Positions 46,979 to 55,625 of a DNA stretch of 63,069 nt are shown piece by piece. How positions within the stretch are numbered: the stretch's first letter is position 1; each line of letters begins with the position of its first letter. This DNA comes from Candidatus Micrarchaeota archaeon (GTDB taxonomy: Archaea; Micrarchaeota; Micrarchaeia; Anstonellales; Bilamarchaeaceae). The DNA is taken from the NCBI GenBank assembly GCA_040754495.1, contig JBFMCO010000051.1, positions 1 to 63,069 on the forward strand, in the 5' to 3' direction. The position numbers were made by a program, and so were the translations under genes. The notes beneath the pieces were generated by a model. That model searched no databases. It had not been told where the DNA came from and saw nothing but the letters and a program-made list of their open reading frames with translations.

Positions 46979-48412
46979 TCAGGTAACCTCTATGGGAGCG
47001 ATTGCCTTCCAGTCGCCGAGCGGGTAATCCTCCAGAACCTTCACCGGTATCGCAAAGCCCAGCCCCTCGGCGAGCTGGTTCCCCCTTATCACCAGCTTGA
47101 AAGAGATGATGCCGATGAGCTTGCCGGAGCCTGAAAGGTAGACCCCGCCCCCGCTGTTGCCGGGATTCACGGCGGCATCTGTCTGTATCACATCATACGA
47201 GAACCCGCTGCTCGTGTTCGTCTCCGCATAATTGGATATGATGCCCATGCTCACGCTGTTCGGTATCCCGAGCGGAGTCCCTATCGCGAGAACGCCGGAG
47301 CCGACCTTCGGCCTGAGCCCGTAGTCTATGTCAGCAGGCGGCCCCAGGTCCTTATTGACGAAGATGAGAGCCATGTCCAGCTGGTTCGGCGCGACGTATA
47401 TCCTGGCCGGCCGGGCCGTTTCGTTGTTGTAATTCAGGACCTCGATGTCAGTATTAGGCACAAAAGCGAAATCCGCATCCACGACATGCCTGTTCGTGAG
47501 GATGATCAGGCTCGTCCCGTTCCTGGCTATTATCACGCCCGAGCCTATGCCCTCGTCGCTCTCGATTTTCACGTTGCTCATCTGGAGCCTGTCAATCAGC
47601 ATCTGCAGGCGCTCCTCCTCGCTTATGCACGCATCCTCTATGCAAAGGAGGCCGTTCGGGCAGCCGCAGGAGCCGCAGTCGGCCGCAAGCTCCCTGTCTT
47701 CCCCGCAGAGATACCCGCCGGAGCATTCCCCGACTTCGGTTCCGTCCGCGCATGCGGGCACGCGCACCTGGACAATCCCGCTTGAAGCGCTTGGCTCGAA
47801 TGCGGCATCGCCGGGGAAAGTTGCGGCAAGCATTTCTTTTCCTGCCTCTGCGAAGCTGATAACGAACACGGCCGTGCCGTTGGAGCCCGTCGTGGCGTTC
47901 GCGCCTCCCGCCGTAACAACCTTTCCGGCAAGCGGCATGCCGCTCCTGTCGCGGAGAGTGGCCGATGCGGTGAAGTTCTGCCCGGCTTCAGCCTCATCCG
48001 GCAACTCGAGCTCCAGCGATGTCGGGAGCCTTATGGCGGCGCTCGCCCTTCCGCTGGACGGGAGATACGAGCCATCCCCGTCGAATCTGGCGACGAAGTC
48101 TATGCTCCTGCCACACCAGCCGCTGCCAAGGGGCGTCTCCAGCCACACCCTGCCGTTACTGTCCGTGTATAAGCTGTCCACTTCCTGGCTGCCGACAAGG
48201 AATGTGACGAGCCGCCCGCCGACGCGCTTTCCTGCCGAGTCCCTCAGCTCTGCAAAGACCGTGGCGTTTCCGCTGCATGCCAGGGACTCCACATCCGCGC
48301 TTACTGTAATATGCGTGCCTTTCCTGGCTGGCTGGGCGGCCGTGAGGATGATGATTGCAACGAGCACGAGCACGATGGCTGCCGGAAGGAGCGCGGCTTT
48401 CGGGATTTTCAT
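46979..48412 (-). CDS. Secreted Ig-like (Big) x2, Cys-rich and trypsin-like serine protease
   Basis: Signal MKIPKAALLPAAIVLVLVAIII; two Big-like domains (TDSNGRV, TGSNGTAVF); Cys cluster; TNRH, DMAL, TDAAVNPGNSGG. The longer ORF-track start lies inside the IS remnant. Confidence 0.88.
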   Translation of the reverse strand: MKIPKAALLPAAIVLVLVAIIILTAAQPARKGTHITVSADVESLACSGNATVFAELRDSAGKRVGGRLVTFLVGSQEVDSLYTDSNGRVWLETPLGSGWCGRSIDFVARFDGDGSYLPSSGRASAAIRLPTSLELELPDEAEAGQNFTASATLRDRSGMPLAGKVVTAGGANATTGSNGTAVFVISFAEAGKEMLAATFPGDAAFEPSASSGIVQVRVPACADGTEVGECSGGYLCGEDRELAADCGSCGCPNGLLCIEDACISEEERLQMLIDRLQMSNVKIESDEGIGSGVIIARNGTSLIILTNRHVVDADFAFVPNTDIEVLNYNNETARPARIYVAPNQLDMALIFVNKDLGPPADIDYGLRPKVGSGVLAIGTPLGIPNSVSMGIISNYAETNTSSGFSYDVIQTDAAVNPGNSGGGVYLSGSGKLIGIISFKLVIRGNQLAEGLGFAIPVKVLEDYPLGDWKAIAPIEVT

Positions 48413-48471
48413 CGTTCGGATAATTCGTCCGGATTTTAAATGCCTAAGCCTGGGAAATCCACCTGCTAAAG

Positions 48472-48808
48472 GGCTAAGAGACACGGCTTCAGCCGTGGGA
48501 TGAAAGGGCCGCGGAAATGAACTGCCCGGAAGTTTATATGCTCCCAATAAATTGCTCCTATCGCATCCACCTGTATGGCATGGAGCAAACGACGTTTCGT
48601 TCGCGACAGTCAAGAACGATGCGTCGTTCTTGTCATGGATGGTCGAAGTACGCTCCTCTTCCGGTTGCTTCCTGTATTTCATAAAGCCGAAGGGAAGAAT
48701 GCTGGAAGGATGCAGTAGGGCCGGGACAGCCCGATTTCAAGCCTGATGGAGACACCGCAGGTTGTCGTTGAAGCAGGAAGTCCACGGCTTTAGCTGTGGG
48801 TAGTTCAC
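48472..48808 (+). mobile_element. Non-autonomous, internally deleted IS200/IS605 derivative retaining both ends and the tnpB 3'/right-end region
   Basis: Subterminal hairpins CACGGCT-TC-AGCCGTG (48482-48497) and CCACGGCT-TT-AGCTGTGG (48782-48799); ends GAAGCAGGAAG...GTAGTTCAC; TnpB-tail-like peptide AVGPGQPDFKPDGD. Left boundary approximate. Confidence 0.72.
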
Positions 48809-48962
48809 ATCCGTTTTGTTATGCCATCCGGAGTATTGCACCAAGCATATCGTCTGCCGGCGTGGCCTATTGAGGTCCTTAGTCCACGTCCCACTGTCCT
48901 GAAGGAGCAGCGCAGCGAATGGCAGAAGGAGGGAGTTTAAACCTGCGGTCCCATCTCCCTTT

Positions 48963-49712
48963 ATGGAGCTGGCGATAATCAACTGCGCAACAAGCGAGCC
49001 CGAAATCGTGCGCTATAACGGCAGGATGCTTATCGCGAGCGGGATTATCGCCGAGAAAGCCGCGGCCTTTGCGTTCTCCTCCGGCGTCGCGATAACCCCC
49101 CGCATCCACAGCCCGCCCCGGAACCGCTCTGATTTCCCGGAAGAAGGCTCGTTCGACGCCGTAATAGTAAACGGCTCGAAAGCGAACATAGACGAAGAGG
49201 GCCGGAAAGCAAATCCCTGGATGGGGGACCTCCTGGATTTCATCCGCTCCACGCAACGCTCGTCCATTCCCATGCTCGGCATCTGCTTCGGCCACCAGGC
49301 GATGGGCGTTGCATTCGGCTCGGGGCTTTTGCATGTGCCCGCACCAGCCAACGCTGAAATCGGGTACGTTCCGGTAAAGCTGACGCAGGAGGGGAAGCGC
49401 GACCCGCTTTTCAAAGGAATCCCGGAGAAATTCGATGCCCTCTCCTTCCACTTCCGCTGCATAGACAAGCCTGAGGGCGCGGCCATACTGGCCGAAGGCA
49501 TTTCCCCGCCCATAGTGCAGTCCTTCAGGCTGGGGAAAACCTGGGGCGTGCAGTTCCATCCGGATTACACGCAGGATAACATGAAGGAAATCTTTGCAAG
49601 GCACGGGCGGGCGCTTTCATCGTCCGTGAATCTCTCAGGAGTCAGGCTTGAGACGAAAAAGCGCTACGATGAGATGGTGCTTGAAAATTTCCTCGCTCTC
49701 GCATTCGCTTAA
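48963..49712 (+). CDS. Class I glutamine amidotransferase (GMP-synthase-like)
   Basis: GICFGHQ nucleophile elbow; GVQFHPD. Confidence 0.88.
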   Translation: MELAIINCATSEPEIVRYNGRMLIASGIIAEKAAAFAFSSGVAITPRIHSPPRNRSDFPEEGSFDAVIVNGSKANIDEEGRKANPWMGDLLDFIRSTQRSSIPMLGICFGHQAMGVAFGSGLLHVPAPANAEIGYVPVKLTQEGKRDPLFKGIPEKFDALSFHFRCIDKPEGAAILAEGISPPIVQSFRLGKTWGVQFHPDYTQDNMKEIFARHGRALSSSVNLSGVRLETKKRYDEMVLENFLALAFA

Positions 49713-50632
49713 GCCTGCCCGAAAGAAATCCGTATCCTGCTGCTCGGCCGGAGCTCCGCATCGAGGCCGATGGCTTCCGGCGGAATCGAGAACTTCTCCG
49801 AGGCGCTTCCCAGGTTCACTGCAAGGTCCAGGCAGCCTGTGGATGAGAGGACGAAAACAGGCTCGCCCTTCCCGGCTTCAGTGAATGTCCTGACAATCCT
49901 CGCATGCCCGCTCGCGCCCTTTGGCCCCTCAATCTCGAATCCGGCCAGGCTGCCGACCGCATCCTCAGGAACGTGGTTCGGGACGTTCGTCCTTATGCTC
50001 CCGAACCCGTCCACGTCCACCAGATACCCCGCCCTCGACCTTTCCGAGCATTCTGCGCTTATCATGATGCGCGCAAGCGTGGACGGCTCAAGCGGCCTTC
50101 CGAATTCCGAGAGCGGCACCCCGCGCAAGATGTGCGCGGCCACCGGTGCGAAGACGTCCTTGCCGTGGAATGTGCGCGAGCGCGCAAGATGCAGGAGCGT
50201 CAGGGATACGTTCTCGATTTCAACCGCCTCCGCGACGCCGCCTTGGGCGAGCGCGAGCGAAAGCACGCCGTTATCCGGCCCCACGAAGAACCTGCCGTCC
50301 CGGCTCCTTACCGCGACGTTCCTTCTCTGCGAGCCGACGCCCGGGTCCACGACCGCGACATACGCCGTCCCCTCCCTTTCCGTAGGGAGGCCGGCCGCCC
50401 TCGAAAGGCGCCATGCGCCGAGGAGTATGTTCCCGAGGGGGACGTTGTGGCATATATCCCCGATTCTCGCCTTCGGGGCCACCGAAAGCGCGGCGGATTT
50501 GATGGCATAGACCGCCTCGTCGCCGTTGCCGAAATCGGTGAGCAGGGAGAGCCTGGGCTCGTGCCTCCCGAATGCGTTTTTCACGGACGTGGCCGCCACG
50601 GCAGCCCTTGCCCTGAGCGTCAATGAACCCAT
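49709..50632 (-). CDS. SAM hydroxide adenosyltransferase / chlorinase-fluorinase family (DUF62)
   Basis: LLTDFG, VAVVDPGVGSQRR, GPDNGVL, SRTFHGKDVFAP, VDGFGSIRTN. Confidence 0.9.
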   Translation of the reverse strand: MGSLTLRARAAVAATSVKNAFGRHEPRLSLLTDFGNGDEAVYAIKSAALSVAPKARIGDICHNVPLGNILLGAWRLSRAAGLPTEREGTAYVAVVDPGVGSQRRNVAVRSRDGRFFVGPDNGVLSLALAQGGVAEAVEIENVSLTLLHLARSRTFHGKDVFAPVAAHILRGVPLSEFGRPLEPSTLARIMISAECSERSRAGYLVDVDGFGSIRTNVPNHVPEDAVGSLAGFEIEGPKGASGHARIVRTFTEAGKGEPVFVLSSTGCLDLAVNLGSASEKFSIPPEAIGLDAELRPSSRIRISFGQA

Positions 50633-50640
50633 GAGCAGGA

Positions 50641-50695
50641 TTAATTATATTCCTATATTTATATATTTTTGATAAAAATATTCCGATAAGAATAT
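50641..50695. promoter_or_regulatory. AT-rich promoter/operator, copy 1
   Basis: TTAATTATATTCCTATATTTATATATTTTTGATAAAAATATTCCGATAAGAATAT; TATA-like core plus palindrome ATATTC-N6-GAATAT. Confidence 0.7.
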
Positions 50696-50743
50696 CCAGC
50701 GTCTTGGCGGGCCAAGAACCGGAAGGGATTTACGCGAAGTGCC

Positions 50744-51007
50744 TTACGGGCGGAGCCCCTCGGCCTGCGCGCCCCTTTTCCGGAACGGCTCAGCCTCGCC
50801 CCTGGCATAGGTCTCGAACACGTCCGGCCTGCCGGCGAGCTCGTCCTTGCGCCAGGGCCGGTTCACGAACGCCCTCACCGCGGCGGGGTTGAACGCAATC
50901 GATGAAGGGAGTTCCGGCCATCCCTTGCCCGCGCCTCCGGGCTTGGCCTCCCCGTTCAGCTTTTTCAGGACCTCCAAACAGTGCACCATCTGAAACACCT
51001 CGTGCAA
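50744..51007 (-). CDS. Small hypothetical protein between the duplicated promoters
   Basis: 87-aa ORF positioned behind promoter copy 2 as the DUF62 gene is behind copy 1. Confidence 0.4.
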   Translation of the reverse strand: MHEVFQMVHCLEVLKKLNGEAKPGGAGKGWPELPSSIAFNPAAVRAFVNRPWRKDELAGRPDVFETYARGEAEPFRKRGAQAEGLRP

Positions 51008-51011
51008 ATCC

Positions 51012-51066
51012 TTAAATATATTCCTATATTTATATATTTTTGATATTTTTATTCCAATAAGAATAT
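51012..51066. promoter_or_regulatory. AT-rich promoter/operator, copy 2
   Basis: TTAAATATATTCCTATATTTATATATTTTTGATATTTTTATTCCAATAAGAATAT; near-identical to copy 1. Confidence 0.7.
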
Positions 51067-51078
51067 GGGGAGGAGCGC

Positions 51079-51621
51079 ATGTACGAGCTTGAGCGGATTG
51101 GCAAGATGAGGAAGCAGCTTGGCCTCACGCAGAAGAAGCTTGCGGCCCTTGCGGGCGTTTCGCAGTCCCTGATAGCAAAGATAGAGTCAGGCAAAATCGA
51201 CCCTGCGTATTCCAAGGTGATGCAGATATTCCTCGCCCTCGAGCGCGAGCACAGCAAGGGCAAGAAGACGTCCGAGCAGATAATGACGCCGCACATCGCA
51301 TCCGTAACGCCGTCGGACCATCTGGACAGGGCCGTGAAGCTGATGCGGGCAAAAGACATATCCCAGCTTCCTGTGCTCGAAGGCGGCAAGTGCGTAGGCA
51401 GCATCTCGGATACCCTGGTAGTGGATTTGCTGGCTGACGGAAGGAGCCCGAAGGACATCCTGGTCCGCGATGCGATGGCAGAAAGCTACCCGGTCCTTCC
51501 CGCGAATTCTTTCAGCGACGTCGTGACCGACCTCCTCCACCATTATCCCGCCGTGCTTGTCGAAAAAGACGGCCGCCTCGCGGGCATCATCACGAAGGCC
51601 GACCTCCTGAGGGCGATATGA
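51079..51621 (+). CDS. XRE-HTH plus CBS-pair transcriptional regulator
   Basis: RKQLGLTQKKLAALAGVSQSLIAKIESGKIDP followed by two CBS repeats. Confidence 0.92.
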   Translation: MYELERIGKMRKQLGLTQKKLAALAGVSQSLIAKIESGKIDPAYSKVMQIFLALEREHSKGKKTSEQIMTPHIASVTPSDHLDRAVKLMRAKDISQLPVLEGGKCVGSISDTLVVDLLADGRSPKDILVRDAMAESYPVLPANSFSDVVTDLLHHYPAVLVEKDGRLAGIITKADLLRAI

Positions 51622-51622
51622 C

Positions 51623-52819
51623 ATGCAGGAATACTTATCGAAAGGGCCCGGGACCGGGGGCGTCCTCAAGGCCGCGCCGCAGGATTTTTTGGTGGAAGAA
51701 ATCGCTCCTGATGGAGCGATTTACGAGCTGGGCAGGCAGTTTTCCGGGCCAGAAACTGACGGCCCGTACACCCACTTCATCCTCCAGAAAAAGAACTGGA
51801 CCAGCGCCTCTGCAATCAGCGAAATCGCCTTGCGCCTGCGCGTCAGCCAGAGGCAGTTCAACATAGCCGGCATCAAGGACAAGGTCGCGATAACGACGCA
51901 GCTCGCATCCGTCCGGGGGGACCAGCGGGCCGCGCTCGGCTCCCTCCCGATAAAAGACATATCGGTCAATGGGACGTGGAAGGCCGGGGACCGCGTTCAC
52001 ATGGGCCAGCTCCTCGGAAACAGGTTCACGATTACCGTGCGCGATGCCTGCGAAGGGGCGGCGGGGCGCGTCGAGGCCGTCTCCGGCGAGCTCGACAAGA
52101 AAATGCCCAACTATTTCGGGGAGCAGAGGTTCGGCTCCAGCAGGAGGAACACGCACCTTGTCGGCCGGAAGCTCCTGCAGGGGGGGCTGGAGGACGCGGC
52201 GATAATGTTCTTGTGCGACATATCGAACGAGGCCGATGCGGAGGCCGTCGCGGCGCGTAAAGAGCTTGCGGATACCCGGGATTTTTCCCGCGCGCTCCAG
52301 TACTACCCTGCGCGCCTTCGCCTCGAGCGCTCGCTCATCGCATACCTCGCAAAGAACCCGGGAAAATACGCCGAAGCGCTCCGCAGGCTCCCGCGCAACA
52401 TCCTCCTGCTTTTCATCCACGCCTTCCAGTCGCACCTTTTCAACGACCTCCTCTCCCGGCGCCTTTCGGAAGGGGCGCTTGAGCTAGAGGAGGGGGAGTA
52501 TTTCTGCGGCGAGAGGCTCGGCTTCCCGGACGCATCCCGGGCCGAGGCCGAGGGCTGGATATGCGGCAAGATAATCGGGTACGGGACGCCGCTGAATGCC
52601 CGCGAGAAAGACGCGCTCGCGGAGGCGGGGATTGAAAAGGAGGCGTTCAGGATGAAGGCGCTGCCCGAGCTTGCGTCCAAAGGCACCTACCGCACGCTTC
52701 TCGCTCCCCTTAAAGGGTTTTCGGTTTCCAGTTCTGAATCTGGCATGCGGTTCCGGTTCGAGCTGCCATCAGGCTCCTACGCAACGGTCGCGATGCGGGA
52801 ATTCACGAAAAACGGGTGA
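51623..52819 (+). CDS. truD: tRNA pseudouridine(13) synthase TruD
   Basis: DFLVEEI, AGIKDKVAITTQ, LLGNRFTI, NYFGEQRFG, FELPSGSYAT. Confidence 0.95.
   Translation: MQEYLSKGPGTGGVLKAAPQDFLVEEIAPDGAIYELGRQFSGPETDGPYTHFILQKKNWTSASAISEIALRLRVSQRQFNIAGIKDKVAITTQLASVRGDQRAALGSLPIKDISVNGTWKAGDRVHMGQLLGNRFTITVRDACEGAAGRVEAVSGELDKKMPNYFGEQRFGSSRRNTHLVGRKLLQGGLEDAAIMFLCDISNEADAEAVAARKELADTRDFSRALQYYPARLRLERSLIAYLAKNPGKYAEALRRLPRNILLLFIHAFQSHLFNDLLSRRLSEGALELEEGEYFCGERLGFPDASRAEAEGWICGKIIGYGTPLNAREKDALAEAGIEKEAFRMKALPELASKGTYRTLLAPLKGFSVSSSESGMRFRFELPSGSYATVAMREFTKNG
52714..52760. repeat. Degenerate heptad array in frame near the truD 3' end
   Basis: gggtttt cggtttc cagttct gaatctg gcatgc ggttcc ggttcg. 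Confidence 0.45.
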
Positions 52820-52844
52820 GCATCTGGAAGAGGAAGGCATTCGC

Positions 52845-54026
52845 TTGAGCCTGTCGAAAGGCGTATTCTACAACCCCCAGATGCGCTTCTGCCGGAGCAT
52901 GTCGTCGCTCGCGGTCGGGGCCATAGGCGAAAAGCTCGAAGTCGTGGACGCTTTCTGCGCGAGCGGCATCCGCGGCATCCGCTACGCGAAGGAGAACAAA
53001 AACGTCAGGAAGCTCACGTCCCTCGACATAGAGAAATCCGCCATCGCCCTTGCGAAAAAGAACGCGAAGGCGAACAGGGTGAAGCACGAGGCGGTCGTCG
53101 GCAACGTCTCGCGGATGGCCTTCGGGCTGGATGCGGACTTCCTCGAAATTGACCCGTTCGGGACGCCGAGCCCTTATCTTGTCGACGCCTTCCGCTTCTT
53201 CAACACGAAGAAGGAGGCGTATCTCTCGGTCACCGCCACTGACGTCGCGGTCCTCTGCGGGGGCAAGACCGCCCCATGCATGAAGAATTACCACTCGAAG
53301 CCCATGAACAATGAGTTCACCCACGAGACCGGCCTGCGCATCATGCTCAAGAAAATCGCGGAGACCGCGGCGGAATTCAACATGGGCATCGGGCCGCTCG
53401 TCTCCTTCTCGGACAGGCACTACCTCAAGGCTGTTTTGCATGTGAAGAGGGGCGCGGACCTTGCGTACGAATCCATGAAAATGCTCGGGTATGTGAGCTA
53501 TTGCGCAAGGTGCGGATGGCGGGGAAGCGGGAAATTCCCAGAAAAATGCCAGAACTGCCGAAACCCGGAACCCAAAACAGGAAACATCATCCGGGATGCC
53601 GGAAGCCCGCTGCCGGATGCTGAAAGCCGGGTGCCGGAAACCATGCGTCCTTCGGCCGCAAGCTCTCAGGTTCCTGCGGAACCCAAGACCGACTATGCCG
53701 GCCCTCTATGGCTCGGCGGGCTGCACGAGCCGGATTTCGTGCGGCGCATGGCCGGCCTGAATGCGGCCCGCGGATATTCCGACAAGGAGGAGCTTGCCGG
53801 GGCGCTAGCCCTGATGGCCGGGGAAACAGGCATGCCTCCGTATTATTACAACGTGCACGCCCTGTGCAAGCTCGCCCGCTCGGCATCGGTGCCGGCGATG
53901 GGAACAGTGCTGGATTCGCTGAGGGCGGCGGGCCACAGGGCGGTGAAGACGCATTTCTCGCCCATCTGCATCAAGACCGATGCGCCATATGGTGCTGTGA
54001 AGGAGGCGGTAGGATGGAGAAGCTGA
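52845..54026 (+). CDS. trm1: tRNA (guanine26-N2)-dimethyltransferase Trm1 with a repeat-derived insertion
   Basis: VFYNPQM, DAFCASGIRGIRY, EIDPFGTP, SVTATD, ETGLRI, AGPLW, KTDAP. Start uncertain (TTG 52845 or CTG 52824). Confidence 0.92.
   Translation: MSLSKGVFYNPQMRFCRSMSSLAVGAIGEKLEVVDAFCASGIRGIRYAKENKNVRKLTSLDIEKSAIALAKKNAKANRVKHEAVVGNVSRMAFGLDADFLEIDPFGTPSPYLVDAFRFFNTKKEAYLSVTATDVAVLCGGKTAPCMKNYHSKPMNNEFTHETGLRIMLKKIAETAAEFNMGIGPLVSFSDRHYLKAVLHVKRGADLAYESMKMLGYVSYCARCGWRGSGKFPEKCQNCRNPEPKTGNIIRDAGSPLPDAESRVPETMRPSAASSQVPAEPKTDYAGPLWLGGLHEPDFVRRMAGLNAARGYSDKEELAGALALMAGETGMPPYYYNVHALCKLARSASVPAMGTVLDSLRAAGHRAVKTHFSPICIKTDAPYGAVKEAVGWRS
53558..53641. repeat. Heptad array, 12 units (84 nt, 28 codons), in frame in trm1
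   Basis: ccgaaac ccggaac ccaaaac aggaaac atcatcc gggatgc cggaagc ccgctgc cggatgc tgaaagc cgggtgc cggaaac. Confidence 0.85.
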
Positions 54027-54823
54027 TTAAGGGAAGCGAAGTCGCCGACTCGGACGAGGGCGGGGGCAAGACCGCGTTCGCGGAATTCTTCATGGCCGTG
54101 AAGAAAGGGCATGGCGAATGCGGCGACTCGGCTTTCGTATACTCGGATGCGGAAAAAGTCGTCGCGGCAGTCTTCGACGGCGTGAGCGGGGAGCCCGGCG
54201 CCTCCTTCGCGTCCTCGGATGCGGCAGAGGCGGCGCTGGAATACCTGAAGGGCCTCGCATCGGCCGGGGACAAGGAGATGCAGGAAGCCCTCAGCCGGGC
54301 CCACCTCAATATAAAGCTCGGCTCCACGACCGCCGCCCTCCTCTTCCTCTCGAGGGACGGCTCGTTCGTCATCGCCGGCATCGGGGATTCGCCCATCTAC
54401 GGCATAAGCAAGGGGGAGGTGAGCCTGGAGCTGCCTCTTGCCCGCGCAGTCGGCGACGGCGACTCCATACTGAAGTTCTTCTATTTCAGGAACATCGTGA
54501 CCGCGGTGCTAGGCGGGCCGGCGGATTCGCTGGACGTGGGCATCAGGAAGGGGAAGCTGAAAAAAGGCGAGGTGCTCATCCTGGCCAGCGACGGGCTCTC
54601 CGACAACCTTTTCATAAAAGTGGACGGCGGCTTCATAGCCGAGTCGTCGGGAAAGGAAGACCTGGAGGGGCTGATAGCGAAGCGGCGCGGCCCCCGGGAG
54701 CTGGTGAAGCTGCTGATGGGAGAAATCGCCAGGAGGCTGGAAGCCGGGAAGACCGAGCGCAAGGGGGGCGTCCTCGTCCCGAAGGAGGACGACATAGCGA
54801 TAGTCGCGCTCAGGAAGCTATAA
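54014..54823 (+). CDS. PP2C-family (PPM) phosphatase
   Basis: ECGDS, AVFDGVSG, GSTTAALL, GIGDS, LILASDGLSD, EDDIAIV. Confidence 0.85.
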   Translation: MEKLIKGSEVADSDEGGGKTAFAEFFMAVKKGHGECGDSAFVYSDAEKVVAAVFDGVSGEPGASFASSDAAEAALEYLKGLASAGDKEMQEALSRAHLNIKLGSTTAALLFLSRDGSFVIAGIGDSPIYGISKGEVSLELPLARAVGDGDSILKFFYFRNIVTAVLGGPADSLDVGIRKGKLKKGEVLILASDGLSDNLFIKVDGGFIAESSGKEDLEGLIAKRRGPRELVKLLMGEIARRLEAGKTERKGGVLVPKEDDIAIVALRKL

Positions 54824-54848
54824 ATCCTTTATCGCGGAAACCGCTTCC

Positions 54849-55448
54849 ATGGGCGTCTCGAATTACCTGCTCTTAGCAATCGGGCTAATCTTCGTCCTCC
54901 AGCTCATCATACCGCCCTTCACCGACTCGTTCATCTTCGACCCCCTCCTCGCCCTATCGGAGCCATGGAGGTTCCTCACGAGCATGTTCCTGCACGGCGG
55001 GCTCTCGCACATCTTCTTCAACGCGTACGCCCTGTTCATGTTCGGCTCCGTCCTCGAGACGCAGGTAAGCAAGAAGGACTACCTTGCGATATATTTCGGC
55101 GCGGGCATCCTGGGCGGGCTTCTCTACTACCTCACGTATATCCTCGCCATTATACCGCCCATCCCCGCCCTCGGTGCAAGCGGTGCCATATACGGCATAC
55201 TCGGGGCGGTGGCCATACTCCTCCCTGACATGCGCATATTCTTCTGGTTCTTCCCCATGCGGATGAGGGAGGCGGCCATACTGTGGGTGGCCCTGGAGTT
55301 CTTCGGCACCTTCAACGTGGCGAGCGGAATCGCGAGCGCCGCCCACCTCGGAGGCCTCCTCTTCGGGCTCGCCTATGCCTGGCTCCTGAAGCGCAGGAGG
55401 CAGGAGGCGGTACCCCAGAGCTGGGAATGGCAGCAGGGATACCAGTAG
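54849..55448 (+). CDS. Rhomboid intramembrane serine protease
   Basis: EPWR.LTSMFLH...HIFFN, GASG, AHLGG. Confidence 0.93.
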   Translation: MGVSNYLLLAIGLIFVLQLIIPPFTDSFIFDPLLALSEPWRFLTSMFLHGGLSHIFFNAYALFMFGSVLETQVSKKDYLAIYFGAGILGGLLYYLTYILAIIPPIPALGASGAIYGILGAVAILLPDMRIFFWFFPMRMREAAILWVALEFFGTFNVASGIASAAHLGGLLFGLAYAWLLKRRRQEAVPQSWEWQQGYQ

Positions 55449-55505
55449 CCCCGTCCGCCGCATGCCAGTACTTCAGGACGGTCTCAGACAACTGCCATGT
55501 ATAGG

Positions 55506-55625
55506 GGGTTTCCAGTGCAGGGTTGCCGGTTTCCCATACCGTGTGCAGCCAAAACCGGAAACCATGCGGCTGCTACCGCAAGTTTCCCGGTTCCTCCCGG
55601 AACCGAGAACCGGAAACGGAAAACC
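55506..55625. repeat. Heptad array cluster upstream of ftsZ
   Basis: gggtttc...gggttgc cggtttc...ccaaaac cggaaac...cggaacc gagaac cggaaac ggaaaac. Confidence 0.7.

Noticed and set aside
48413-48682. Extended N-terminus of the 567-aa protease ORF and short ORFs 48552..48746 and 48737..48982
   Set aside because: They run through the IS605 remnant. The signal peptide begins at MKIPK (48412).
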